Assembly: GCA_965216785.1 (NCBI GenBank)
Contig: OZ244197.1
Span: forward strand, 1,350,037-1,414,036
DNA: 64,000 bases
Origin: Thermodesulfobacteriota bacterium
Lineage (GTDB): Bacteria > Desulfobacterota_D > UBA1144 > Nemesobacterales > UBA2774
Direction of reading: 5' to 3'
Numbering within the stretch: the first letter of the stretch is position 1; the number at the start of each line of letters is the position of its first letter. The notes below the pieces were generated by a model. That model worked only from the letters and a program-made list of their open reading frames with translations. It searched no databases and was not told the origin of the DNA. Position numbers and translations under genes: made by a program. Shown piece by piece: positions 21,218-30,279 of this stretch.

Positions 21218-22555
21218 TTATTTTAATGTGTTCGTATCTGGATTAATTCTCCTGAGTTTAAGTATATCCTCTAATTGGTGCAATAAAAACATTACCGCTC
21301 CGAGCGTCGTGGCCCCGAGTACCCAGGGGTAACCGCCGAATATCGCGAGCCCTAAAAACGCGAGAGAATATACGTTCCTTCGGCCCATAGGGCGCACAAT
21401 CTTGATAAGCTTACGCATGAATGAAGTCTTCTTTACCTCTACGAGCTTATCCACTTCAAAATATGCTACCAGGCTCCCCGAATTTGTATACCTTGTGAGG
21501 AAATAAAACGACCAAATTACGAAAAATACGAAAATCGATACGTTTATCCCACCCAGAACAAGAGCGATCTGAGCTCCTGACGTATAGTAATAGCCTATGG
21601 GAACACCTATGAGGAATGAAAGCATCGTAAACTGATCCGAAATGGTATCCACCCACTCGCCTTTCTTGGTCTCCATGAGCTTAACGCGCGCGACCTCTCC
21701 GTCGCAGCGGTCGAGTATGGTCGCCGCGTGCAGGCAGAGCGCTCCTATGACCGGGTGGCCTATTGCGTAGAACACTCCGCAAAGGGCCCCTATAACGTTA
21801 ATAAGAACGCTTATCATGTTGGGAGTGAGCGGGGTTTTTATGAGAAGCCTGCTTGTGGGAAGGGAAAACTTGCTATTAATATTTCTGGATATCCACCCTG
21901 TAGCCGTTTTGCCCACGGTCGTGAATATCAGGTCTTCCGCTCTTTTCGGCGCGTCCTCCGCCGAGTCGAGCCTCATCCAGTAGCCGTTCTCGAATCTTTT
22001 GTAGCGCACCTTATCCCTTGGTACGAGCTCCTCTACGAGGTTCTTTATAGACATTGAGTTCGTAACGGCTTTGTCGAGAAGGGTGTGTGAGGCGATAAAC
22101 GCCCCTACGGCTCTGCCACCGGTGCTGAACAAGTCGGACACTACTCCAGTGTCTCCCTTAATCCAGGCGTCTCCCTCCATATCGACCAGGACAGCGATTT
22201 CGTCCTCTTTTATATCCTGCCCGCTTTCCTCTGTATCTATGAAGCTCTTTAGCGCTTTTGGAGTTGTAAGGAGGTTTGACTGAAGAACCAGCGAAGGGCC
22301 TTGTTCTGCAGGCAGCTCGGTGCCTAGCTCGTGCCACCTGATTTCACTTTCTATCCTTTTGTCGCCGTATAGCAGATTTTTTAGGGAATGGTCACCTGGC
22401 CGGGTGATTATGGTAAAGATTTTTATCCCGGCTCTTTGGGCGGTAATTACAAGACGTTTTATCTGTGGGAGAGCCCCGAATACTTCTGACCCGTGGGAGC
22501 TCAAACTTTCATCTTCTATACCCGTTCCTGCTGCAACAAGTATTGCATGGTCCAT
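21218..22555 (-). CDS. Bifunctional-type protein: degenerate nucleotidyltransferase-like N-domain plus CDP-alcohol phosphatidyltransferase (DIPP-synthase-like) C-domain
   Basis: CDP-OH transferase motif 'DRCDGEVARVKLMETKKGEWVDTISD' (D-G-x2-A-R-x8-G-x3-D-x3-D) in a 6-TM C-domain starting 'GWISRNINSKFSLPTSRLLIKTPLTPNMIS'. The N-domain 'ILVAAGTGIEDE' lacks the G-x-G-x-R loop. Confidence 0.6.
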   Translation of the reverse strand: MDHAILVAAGTGIEDESLSSHGSEVFGALPQIKRLVITAQRAGIKIFTIITRPGDHSLKNLLYGDKRIESEIRWHELGTELPAEQGPSLVLQSNLLTTPKALKSFIDTEESGQDIKEDEIAVLVDMEGDAWIKGDTGVVSDLFSTGGRAVGAFIASHTLLDKAVTNSMSIKNLVEELVPRDKVRYKRFENGYWMRLDSAEDAPKRAEDLIFTTVGKTATGWISRNINSKFSLPTSRLLIKTPLTPNMISVLINVIGALCGVFYAIGHPVIGALCLHAATILDRCDGEVARVKLMETKKGEWVDTISDQFTMLSFLIGVPIGYYYTSGAQIALVLGGINVSIFVFFVIWSFYFLTRYTNSGSLVAYFEVDKLVEVKKTSFMRKLIKIVRPMGRRNVYSLAFLGLAIFGGYPWVLGATTLGAVMFLLHQLEDILKLRRINPDTNTLK

Positions 22556-22562
22556 TTTTTTA

Positions 22563-23336
22563 TCAGTTCGTTTCTACAACTCTGAGGACCCTTTCCTGAT
22601 AAGACTTTTTAATGAACTTATCCGAGTTGAATCTGGCTTTAAATAAGTCGTTTGGGTAATCAACGTCCATCCAGAACAGATCCCCTATGTCGAGCGACTT
22701 TACTTTGTATCCTTTTTTGATAAGCCTGTGAATTGCGGAAATATACCATTTGTTCTCTGCACCGCCGGTCCTCATCTCTTCCTCTATACCCCTCCGCATG
22801 AGTTCGACGCCTGTATCTCTGAACACCCTCACTCCCACGGATTCCGCGGAAGCCCGGTTGGTCAGGGCCTTGCTTATGTTTACAATTTTACTCTCTTTAA
22901 TCTCGACTTTCATATCCTCGTCTTCATAAGCGGATTTACGCTTAACCGGAAGACAAATCTTCTCGTCCCTCATACGGAGCGCCTGCTCGAGCACCTCTAT
23001 CTCAAACACATCGTCCCCGTTCATGACCACTATGTCGTCGTCCATCTCTCCCCTGGCTATCCATAGCGAAATCAGGCTGTTTGTAGTCTGGTAAAACGGG
23101 TTGTACAGGGTTTTTATTCTCATTCCGAGCCCGTCATAGTTGCGGAGAAAGTTCTCGACCTTCTCAAAACCAAATCCCACTACGATCACCACCTCGTCAA
23201 TACCGCAGTCACGTATATGGTTTATCTGGTGCTCCAGAATAGTTTCTCCACCTATATCAAGCAAACACTTTGGGATATATTTTGTGTAAGGGTAGAGCCT
23301 TTTTCCTCTACCGGCTGCAAGTATGACCGCTTTCAT
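22563..23336 (-). CDS. Sugar/alcohol-phosphate nucleotidyltransferase (IPCT/LicC-like)
   Basis: 'MKAVILAAGRGKRLYPYT...KCLLDIGGETIL' is the canonical NTP-transferase P-loop. Stop is 8 nt from the start of the preceding gene. Confidence 0.65.
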   Translation of the reverse strand: MKAVILAAGRGKRLYPYTKYIPKCLLDIGGETILEHQINHIRDCGIDEVVIVVGFGFEKVENFLRNYDGLGMRIKTLYNPFYQTTNSLISLWIARGEMDDDIVVMNGDDVFEIEVLEQALRMRDEKICLPVKRKSAYEDEDMKVEIKESKIVNISKALTNRASAESVGVRVFRDTGVELMRRGIEEEMRTGGAENKWYISAIHRLIKKGYKVKSLDIGDLFWMDVDYPNDLFKARFNSDKFIKKSYQERVLRVVETN

Positions 23337-23654
23337 GTTCTCTTCTCCGCTTTAGAAGGATATATTCGATGCCGTAAAAAACTTCAGAAAGACTATGGGG
23401 AGTGTGAATTGAATACATCTTCACCTCCTTTTCCTCCCTTTAATACTAGCTACAATTTATAACCTCATTAAGACCTTCTGTCAATATTTCTGATGTAATT
23501 TATGCTGTTAAGCTTCATATTTTAACTAAATTCTCGAAATTCCAGTGCTTGATTGTAAAAACGCCGCGCCTGCCGACTTTCATTCTTACTGGCTAATTAT
23601 ATGGCCGTATGCTGATACTCTACTTTAAAATAAGCTCTTTATCAACTGACACTA

Positions 23655-24044
23655 TTAACTTTTCGCCACTCTCAGTTGACCTGTATCGGGTTTTATATCT
23701 TTTATCTTATTAGCGTCGTCTACATATACGAGCTTGGGCGCGTGGGATTTGCATTCCTCTTCGTCGTACGAAGAGAAGCTCGCTATGATGAGAATGTCGC
23801 CCTTCGTGGCAAGGTGCGCGGCGGCCCCGTTTACGCATATCTCACCCGAGCCCCGCTCTCCCTCGATCACATAGGTCACAAGTCTGTTCCCGTTTGTAAT
23901 ATTAAATATGTGTACCTGCTCGTAGTGATAGAAGTCGGCTGCGTCCATAAGGTCACGGTCTATCGTGACGCTCCCCTCGTACTCGAGGTCAGCTTCTGTT
24001 ACCGTCGCTCTGTGTATTTTAGACTTAAGAAGTGTTCTGTGCAT
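23655..24044 (-). CDS. panD: Aspartate 1-decarboxylase
   Basis: '[24 protein letters not shown]...NGAAAH' matches PanD, including the Gly-Ser processing site. Confidence 0.85.
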   Translation of the reverse strand: MHRTLLKSKIHRATVTEADLEYEGSVTIDRDLMDAADFYHYEQVHIFNITNGNRLVTYVIEGERGSGEICVNGAAAHLATKGDILIIASFSSYDEEECKSHAPKLVYVDDANKIKDIKPDTGQLRVAKS

Positions 24045-24069
24045 ATCTCTCCCTCGTGAAAATAATAAT

Positions 24070-24927
24070 TTAAAGAATGATGTTATCGATGAGCCTGGCT
24101 CCTCCCACTCTAGCGGCCACCGCGGCTACGTCTCCGCGGGCGGCTTGTTTCTTGTTCTCGAGCGTTTCCCCGTCCCTAATTTCCAGATAATCTATGTCCT
24201 CTATAGATGACTGCTCAAGCACCTTTTTAGCTCTGTCCACCAGGTTACCGGTCTCGTGATTCCCGTTTGCAAATTGTGTTTTAATCTCCAGGAGCGCCCT
24301 TGAAAGACAAAGCGCCCTCTGGCGGTCTTTATCGCTTAGGTACGCGTTTCTGGAGCTCATCGCAAGCCCCGTCTGCTCCCTCACGATAGGAAGCCCTATG
24401 ATCTCGATATCAAGATCGAGGTCCCTTACCATCCTCTGTATTACCTTTAGCTGCTGATAGTCCTTTTGCCCGAACACGGCAATGTCCGCCTTGACTATAT
24501 TAAAGAGTTTAAGCACCACTGTGGCAACACCCTTGAAGTGCCCCGGACGAAACGCTCCGCAGAGCGGCTTTTGGAGCTCCTCCACCTCCACGTATGTCTG
24601 AAACCCCGGTGGATAGATCTCCTCCGGCCCGGGTATAAACACAGAGTCTACGCCGATGCCCTCCATCTTCTCAAGGTCTCCCTCTCTGTCCCTCGCGTAC
24701 TTTTCATAATCCTCCCCCGGGCCGAACTGCGCCGGGTTTACGAATATGCTCACGACCAGTACGTCCGCCCTCTTGCGCGCCTCTCTCATGAGGCTAAGGT
24801 GTCCCTCGTGCAATGCGCCCATCGTGGGTACTAGAGCAATAGACTTACCGGCCTTTCTGAGCGCGTTTGAGTACGCCTTCATCTCCGCCGCGGATTCGAT
24901 TACGGTGATAGCGCTCTTATTAGTCAT
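24070..24927 (-). CDS. panC: Pantoate--beta-alanine ligase
   Basis: '[15 protein letters not shown]...SIFVNPAQF'. Confidence 0.85.
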   Translation of the reverse strand: MTNKSAITVIESAAEMKAYSNALRKAGKSIALVPTMGALHEGHLSLMREARKRADVLVVSIFVNPAQFGPGEDYEKYARDREGDLEKMEGIGVDSVFIPGPEEIYPPGFQTYVEVEELQKPLCGAFRPGHFKGVATVVLKLFNIVKADIAVFGQKDYQQLKVIQRMVRDLDLDIEIIGLPIVREQTGLAMSSRNAYLSDKDRQRALCLSRALLEIKTQFANGNHETGNLVDRAKKVLEQSSIEDIDYLEIRDGETLENKKQAARGDVAAVAARVGGARLIDNIIL

Positions 24928-25720
24928 ATGAATGAGCCTCTTCAGGGAAGGTTCCCTGTCTTACCTCACTTATAAACTCTTTTGTAGCGTTTTCCATTGT
25001 TTCTCTTACGTTTGCGTACTTCTTTACGAATTTTGGCATAGGCTCGGGGGACAGTCCGACGAGATCGTTAATTACGAGCACCTGGCCGTCGCACTCGGGG
25101 CCCGCTCCGATTCCTATTGTGGGGATTCTGATCGAGTCCGTAATCTCCGCCGCGAGCCTTCTGGGGATGCTTTCGAGTACTATCGCGTACGCCCCGGCTT
25201 CTTCTGCCTTTTTCGCGAGCTCCTTGAGCTCCTCTGCGTCTTCTGTATCACGTCCCTGTATCTTGTAGCCGCCCATTTTGTGTACGTCCTGAGGGCGTAG
25301 GCCGATGTGCCCCATAACGGGTATGCCTATTTTCTGTATTTCATATATCGTATCTAGGAAGTCCTCGGTGGTCTCGAGCTTAACGGATCCGGCTCCTGCT
25401 TCCTTTATGAACCTGGAGGCGTTTCTCACCGCTTCCTCAGTTGAGAGCTGGTAGGACATAAACGGCATATCGGCGCAGATGTGCGCGTTGTGGGCGCCCC
25501 TGGATACGAGCTTGGTATGGTACACCATCTCGTCCACCGTAACGGAAAGAGTATTGGGCATCCCCTGTACGACGTTTCCGAGAGAGTCTCCGACGAGGAT
25601 AATATCCACCCCGGCCTCATCTACTATCCGGGCCGTCCCCGCGTCATAAGCCGTTACCATGACGACTTTGTCGCCCCGCTTTTTCATCTCCCGTATTTCA
25701 GGCACCGTAATTTTATTCAT
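24920..25720 (-). CDS. panB: 3-methyl-2-oxobutanoate hydroxymethyltransferase
   Basis: 'MNKITVPEIREMKKRGDKVVMVTAYD...GDSLGNVVQG'. Start taken at ATG 25720; the tracked ORF over-extends to 25819 through a hairpin. Confidence 0.85.
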   Translation of the reverse strand: MNKITVPEIREMKKRGDKVVMVTAYDAGTARIVDEAGVDIILVGDSLGNVVQGMPNTLSVTVDEMVYHTKLVSRGAHNAHICADMPFMSYQLSTEEAVRNASRFIKEAGAGSVKLETTEDFLDTIYEIQKIGIPVMGHIGLRPQDVHKMGGYKIQGRDTEDAEELKELAKKAEEAGAYAIVLESIPRRLAAEITDSIRIPTIGIGAGPECDGQVLVINDLVGLSPEPMPKFVKKYANVRETMENATKEFISEVRQGTFPEEAHSYD

Positions 25721-25734
25721 ATACGCTCTCTTTA

Positions 25735-25778
25735 AAATAAAAAAAGCCAGATAGGACCGTATTGTCCCTACTGGCTTA
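25735..25778 (-). promoter_or_regulatory. Terminator-like hairpin plus U7AU4 tract in the panB 5' leader, ~15 nt before the start codon; putative attenuator
   Basis: Minus-strand RNA 'aagccaguagggacaauacgguccuaucuggcuu-uuuuuuuauuuu-aaagagagcguauAUG'. No minus-strand gene lies upstream for it to terminate. Confidence 0.45.
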
Positions 25779-26081
25779 TCGTATTCTCTATTTTCCAGGT
25801 ACGGCCCGCGCAGTGGCAAGTGCCGTCCGATCTATGTTTATTCACCTTGTCCTCCGTCTCGGTCCCGCACCAGGGATCCAAGCGGTTACGCTAGGTACTG
25901 CTTATATAATAACACAAGCGCACATTTACCTTAAAGAAATTCGGAAAAATGTCAAATGTTTTTGTATGCTGATGAATGAACGCTCCCTCAGCCCTTAAGC
26001 CCGGGGCGAGACTGTTCATGTTTAAATTTGTATGTACAATTATCTCTCCCGGGACTGCAGAGAGGAGAAAAGATAAAGAAA

Positions 26082-26873
26082 ATGGGACTCACTGTATATC
26101 AGGTAGACGCGTTTACATCAGAGCCCTTTAAGGGAAACCCCGCGGGAGTGTGCATTCTTGACGGGCCCGCCGGGGAAGAGTGGATGCAAAGCGTAGCGCT
26201 TGAGATGAATCTTGCGGAGACCGCGTTTCTTTACCCTAGCGGGGAGCGCTATAAACTCCGCTGGTTCACGCCCACGGTTGAGGTGGACCTGTGCGGTCAC
26301 GCAACGCTCGCAAGCGCCCACGTGCTTTGGGAAACAGGACAACTCGGGCGTGAAAATAAAGCCGAATTTGATACCAGGAGCGGGCTTCTTACTGCCTGGA
26401 CTGAGAACGGCGCTATAGAGATGGACTTTCCGATGGATGAGAGTAAGGAGTGCGCCCTACCCGCGGAGCTTGCGCGGGCGCTCGGGGTAAAACCGCTGTA
26501 TACCGGAAAGGCGGCGTTTGACTATATACTCGAGCTTGAGTCAGAAAACGAAGTGCTTGAGCTAAAACCCGACTTTGATTTGCTGAAAAAGGCTCCGATG
26601 CGGGGCGTGATGGTTACGAGTGTGTCCTCGTCAGATAAGTATGATTTCGTCTCCAGGTTTTTCGCTCCGGGATCGGGCATAGACGAAGACCACGCCACGG
26701 GCTCCGCGCACTGCTGCCTCGGCCCTTACTGGGAAAAGCGTCTCGGAAAGAGCGGTCTCAGGGCGTATCAGGCCTCGCCGAGGGGAGGGGAGATTCTCGT
26801 GCGCACAGAAGGCGAAAGGGTAGTCCTTGGCGGAAATGCCGTCACAGTGCTTAAGTGCGAGCTTTTGGTCTAA
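26082..26873 (+). CDS. PhzF-family isomerase
   Basis: 'TVYQVDAFTSEPFKGNPAGV...AETAFL'; SD 'gaggag' before ATG 26082. Confidence 0.75.
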   Translation: MGLTVYQVDAFTSEPFKGNPAGVCILDGPAGEEWMQSVALEMNLAETAFLYPSGERYKLRWFTPTVEVDLCGHATLASAHVLWETGQLGRENKAEFDTRSGLLTAWTENGAIEMDFPMDESKECALPAELARALGVKPLYTGKAAFDYILELESENEVLELKPDFDLLKKAPMRGVMVTSVSSSDKYDFVSRFFAPGSGIDEDHATGSAHCCLGPYWEKRLGKSGLRAYQASPRGGEILVRTEGERVVLGGNAVTVLKCELLV

Positions 26874-26979
26874 GCGTTAGTTCCTCACCCTTAGAAAAAG
26901 GGAGATGGATAATGAAAACCGCGCTTGAAAATCCCGCAGAATAGTTCATAATAATTCCCCTGTTCGACGACACTAATTA

Positions 26980-27054
26980 GGCGGCGTAGCCAAGTGGTAA
27001 GGCAGCGGTCTGCAAAACCGCAATGCCCCGGTTCGAATCCGGGCGCCGCCTCCA
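26980..27054 (+). tRNA. tRNA-Cys (GCA), with encoded CCA
   Basis: Cloverleaf folded by eye: acceptor ggcggcg/cgccgcc, anticodon loop 'ctGCAaa', T-arm 'ccccggttcgaatccggg'. Confidence 0.85.
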
Positions 27055-27066
27055 AATTTCCTCAAT

Positions 27067-27552
27067 TTAATACGGTTTCCATTGTCCCCCGCAGGCCACG
27101 TTGCCAGCTGAAGTAGTGCGGCAGTCCTTTGCCATACCTCCGCAGGCGACCTCTCCTTTACTGGTAGTTCTGCAATCTTTTGCCTTACCTCCGCAAGCTA
27201 CATTTCCGGCGGACGTGGTGCGGCACTCCTTGGCAAGCCCGCCGCATGCTACGTTACCGGCTGAGGTGGTCCTGCACTCTTTCGCAAGCCCGCCGCATGC
27301 TACATTACCAGCAGACGTTGTGCGGCACTCGGTAGCCATACCTCCGCAAGCGACCTCGCCTTTACTGGTAGTCCGGCACTCTTTGGCCAGCCCCCCGCAG
27401 GCTACTTTCCCGTCTGAAGTAGTTCTACAGTCCTTTGAGCCGCAGAACACCAGCCCCTCTTTTATTACGCACTCGTTGGCCGATGTAAGCCCGGGAGCGA
27501 AAAATAATACGGCTAGTGCTGTAAGACATCCTATTCTGATAAATGTGATCAT
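27067..27552 (-). CDS. Secreted Cys-rich repeat protein: eight tandem 17-aa units 'ECRTTS.G.VACGG.AK'
   Basis: SD 'aaggagg' before ATG at 27552; signal peptide 'MITFIRIGCLTALAVLFFAPGLTSA'. Repeat units are identical at the protein level but differ at synonymous sites. Confidence 0.6.
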   Translation of the reverse strand: MITFIRIGCLTALAVLFFAPGLTSANECVIKEGLVFCGSKDCRTTSDGKVACGGLAKECRTTSKGEVACGGMATECRTTSAGNVACGGLAKECRTTSAGNVACGGLAKECRTTSAGNVACGGKAKDCRTTSKGEVACGGMAKDCRTTSAGNVACGGQWKPY

Positions 27553-27734
27553 AATGGTGCTTCCTCCTTGGGGAATAAGGTAAAAGATAAGGAGAGGCAT
27601 TACCACTAATATTCTGTTAATTCTCTCGACCCCGAAAAAAGCCTGTGGCAGATACGCCTGCTTAGGGTGAGGTATTTGGAGAGGGTGAGGGATAATGGCA
27701 CTGATGGGGGCAGACCCACTTGTAATAAAGATAC

Positions 27735-27765
27735 AAAAAAAGGGAGCCGAAGCTCCCCTTTTTTA
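27735..27765 (-). terminator. Intrinsic terminator of the GGGAGC-UUCG-GCUCCC family after the pentapeptide-repeat gene
   Basis: 'aaaaaagggagccgaagctccccttttttat'. Confidence 0.7.
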
Positions 27766-27767
27766 TA

Positions 27768-27791
27768 ATCGATTGCTCTCTTGATAAACGC
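27768..27791 (-). promoter_or_regulatory. Conserved 3'-UTR motif (RC 'GCGTTTATCAAGAGAGCAATCGAT') just before the terminator; second copy at 31955-31978
   Basis: 28 bp with 2 mismatches against 31953-31980. Confidence 0.5.
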
Positions 27792-27828
27792 ACTGAATTA
27801 CTAAATTAAAAAGCCCAATAAGAAGCGG

Positions 27829-28269
27829 TTAGTGCTTGCATTCCCCCACGGAGCCGGGTTTGCACTGCTGGCCGTTAACCCAGTATGTATTGTCGAACCG
27901 GGCGCCGTTTAGCTTTGCGCCTCCTATAAGTGACTTTGTCATATAGGCGGACGTAACGTTCGCGTTTTCAAAATTCACTCCCTGAAGGTTTACGCCCAGT
28001 ATTGAAGCTCCGTCTAGATTGGCCCCGGATAAATTAGCGCCTTCAAGGTTAGCGTGTGACAGATTTGCCCCTGCCAGGTTTGCTTTGCTTAGGTCCGCAT
28101 CTTTCAAATATGACCCCATCTTATTACATCCCTGCCAGTCAACGCCCGGAGCCGGAGGATCGTCACAAGTTGCGAGGGCGGCGGATGAAACCGATAAAAC
28201 TAATAGGGAAGCGAGCAATGCTCTTTTAATAAACCACAAATAATTTTCGTTCATTATCATAGTCCTCAT
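27829..28269 (-). CDS. Secreted pentapeptide-repeat protein
   Basis: 'ADLSKANLAGANLSHANLEGANLSGANLDGASILGVNLQGVNFENANV' following a signal peptide. Confidence 0.75.
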   Translation of the reverse strand: MRTMIMNENYLWFIKRALLASLLVLSVSSAALATCDDPPAPGVDWQGCNKMGSYLKDADLSKANLAGANLSHANLEGANLSGANLDGASILGVNLQGVNFENANVTSAYMTKSLIGGAKLNGARFDNTYWVNGQQCKPGSVGECKH

Positions 28270-28318
28270 TTATATAGACTTAGATGCGATCTATAAAAAT
28301 AGAGGTGCATAGGCGCTC

Positions 28319-29176
28319 CTACTTTGGTTTATTTCCCGGCCACATAACCGCCCTCACGCTGCCCTCCAGGATCTGGGGCATTTTATAGTCGGGGTAGAGC
28401 GTCTTCATTTTTTTTACAGCCTCATCGATAGTTTCAGAATTATTAACCGTTTCCTGAAAATTGAGTAGATATTCCACAGCCCGATCTAGAATATCCGCGC
28501 CGCCCGCCGGCCCGTGCCCGGGATAGACTTTGGAAATAGGGCCGATAGCGCGGATTTCGCTTAGCTGCCCGAGCCATTTCTCGACATTGTTCTCTCCGAC
28601 CCACATGTGAACGCCGCCGCTTGCCAGGTCGCCTACGAACAAAGTTTGTGAGGAAGGGATGTAAACGACCGTATTTTCAACACTCTCGCCGCCTTTGAAT
28701 ATCCTGTAGGTAATTTGAACGTCCTCAAGTTTTAACTCTCCGTTTTGCAGCACTGTCAGATCACTAAAAGCCTGCCGCTTATCGTCAGAGCCTGTCCAGT
28801 ACTTAGAGGTATTCCTGACGCCCGCTATAGTCTCTGGGCCCCCGGTTATTTCGGCGCCCCCGAACTCCTTTCCTATAAACTCAAGGCCGTAGTAGTGGTC
28901 CGGGTGAGGGTGAGTGATAATTATCCCGACCAGCTCTTTCCCGGTTGATTTGATTAACTCTCCGACCTTCTTTCCCTCAGCCGGGGAAAACTGGGCGTCT
29001 ATTAAAATCGCCTCATTCTCTCCAATAAGGATGTGGGAATTACTCATAAACCCTTCAGCAGGTGCTGCGTAGGTGATTACAGAGAATTCGGGTCCAGAAT
29101 CGGTTTGAGCTTCCAGTGCCGCTGTAGAATAAGAGATAGCAGAAAATAAGAGAAAAACAGCTGCAAAGATAGGCAT
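28319..29176 (-). CDS. Secreted MBL-fold metallo-hydrolase
   Basis: 'IIITHPHPDHYYG' (HxHxDH) and a downstream His. Start taken at 'MPIFAAVFLLF' (29176). Confidence 0.7.
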   Translation of the reverse strand: MPIFAAVFLLFSAISYSTAALEAQTDSGPEFSVITYAAPAEGFMSNSHILIGENEAILIDAQFSPAEGKKVGELIKSTGKELVGIIITHPHPDHYYGLEFIGKEFGGAEITGGPETIAGVRNTSKYWTGSDDKRQAFSDLTVLQNGELKLEDVQITYRIFKGGESVENTVVYIPSSQTLFVGDLASGGVHMWVGENNVEKWLGQLSEIRAIGPISKVYPGHGPAGGADILDRAVEYLLNFQETVNNSETIDEAVKKMKTLYPDYKMPQILEGSVRAVMWPGNKPK

Positions 29177-29234
29177 AGCGTATCTATCTAAATTACACCT
29201 ATCCTCACAGCAATATAGCCAACAGGTCAATGTT

Positions 29235-29588
29235 CTAGTTTACAAAAAGTACCCAGCCGGTTTGCTCGTTCCCCTGAACTTTACCAGCGATTTTCACATT
29301 AACTCTGTTGGGGTTTTGCTCAATCTTCATAAGACCATCCTGAAGCCCCTGGAGTACATAAACCTTGTCTCCACTCACTAATAAATGCTGATGTGGTGGT
29401 AATGTGTCACACGCATGAGTGGCGATTACCGGTTTGACTGTGCCTTTGGCATAATCCGGGATCAGGCAAATTACGTTCCCCTGTATAGTCGTGGTAGCTT
29501 CCTCATCAGCATAACTAGCTGTCCCAGCAAAAAGAACAAATGAACCTATAATCATCAAAGACAAAAACATTGTTTTAAATCCACGCAT
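29235..29588 (-). CDS. Hypothetical secreted protein, 117 aa
   Basis: Signal peptide 'MFLSLMIIGSFVLFAGTASYA'; no recognisable domain apart from a 'HACDTLPPHQH' patch. Confidence 0.45.
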   Translation of the reverse strand: MRGFKTMFLSLMIIGSFVLFAGTASYADEEATTTIQGNVICLIPDYAKGTVKPVIATHACDTLPPHQHLLVSGDKVYVLQGLQDGLMKIEQNPNRVNVKIAGKVQGNEQTGWVLFVN

Positions 29589-29684
29589 AATTTAGCCTCC
29601 TAAAACTGTATTTTGTATGTTTAAGCGCTAAAAAAATTATTAGCAACTCTTAGGACTGACTCTGTTCCTGTACAAGCTGAAAAA

Positions 29685-30233
29685 TCATTTTTTTAGTACC
29701 GGATAACCTTCTATATAGATCCAATCGGTTTGCTTTGCCGGTACGTGACAGCCAAGGCAATCCTTTTTATAGTCCGTTGCCACATCCTTGGAAGGGTCCT
29801 TGGCGTAATAAAGAGCCCATCCCCATCCGTCCCCCCATTTCGGGTTGTCCGGGAACCTGCCTTTTTCGTCTTTCACCATGACGAACCACAGAACGATATC
29901 CTTGGCGTGGAGCACCCCCTTTCCCGTAGTCATATCCTGGACGCCTTCCGAGAGTACTTCTTTTACCAACACCGCTCCGTCAGGGAATTTCCCGTTCTTT
30001 TTATAACTCTCGGCAACCCCGGGCTCGGTGTATACGTTGTGTATGCCGCTCTCCCTGTCCTCGGGGTGTACCCAGGAGCCCAGGTAAGTCCATTTTTCCC
30101 TAAAATCCGCCGGTCGGGTGATGTTGCCTTCAGAGTCCACATAAGGTGAGAATGATCCATTCTCATCCGCCTGTGCGGAAATCATCAGTCCGAATGTAAA
30201 TAAGGCTGCAAACATTAATAAAAAACTGTTCAT
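29685..30233 (-). CDS. Cytochrome P460 / c'-beta family protein
   Basis: Signal peptide; single C-terminal heme motif 'DCLGCHVPAK' about 25 aa from the end. Size of ~180 aa is typical of P460. Confidence 0.6.
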   Translation of the reverse strand: MNSFLLMFAALFTFGLMISAQADENGSFSPYVDSEGNITRPADFREKWTYLGSWVHPEDRESGIHNVYTEPGVAESYKKNGKFPDGAVLVKEVLSEGVQDMTTGKGVLHAKDIVLWFVMVKDEKGRFPDNPKWGDGWGWALYYAKDPSKDVATDYKKDCLGCHVPAKQTDWIYIEGYPVLKK

Positions 30234-30279
30234 GTACGACTCCCTTTATTTGTTTTGATTTCACCGCCCGCACAACCGA

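Noticed and set aside
25721-25819. N-terminal 33-aa extension of the panB ORF ('MPLRGPYLENREYDKPVGTIRSYLAFFILKRAY')
   Set aside because: The extension translates through the leader hairpin and U-tract and lacks an SD. The canonical PanB N-terminus 'MNKITV' begins at 25720.
27101-27583. 160-aa plus-strand ORF with 'PPQATSPLLVV' repeats
   Set aside because: It is the antisense shadow of the Cys-rich repeat gene. The minus-strand frame has the SD, the signal peptide and protein-level repeat conservation.
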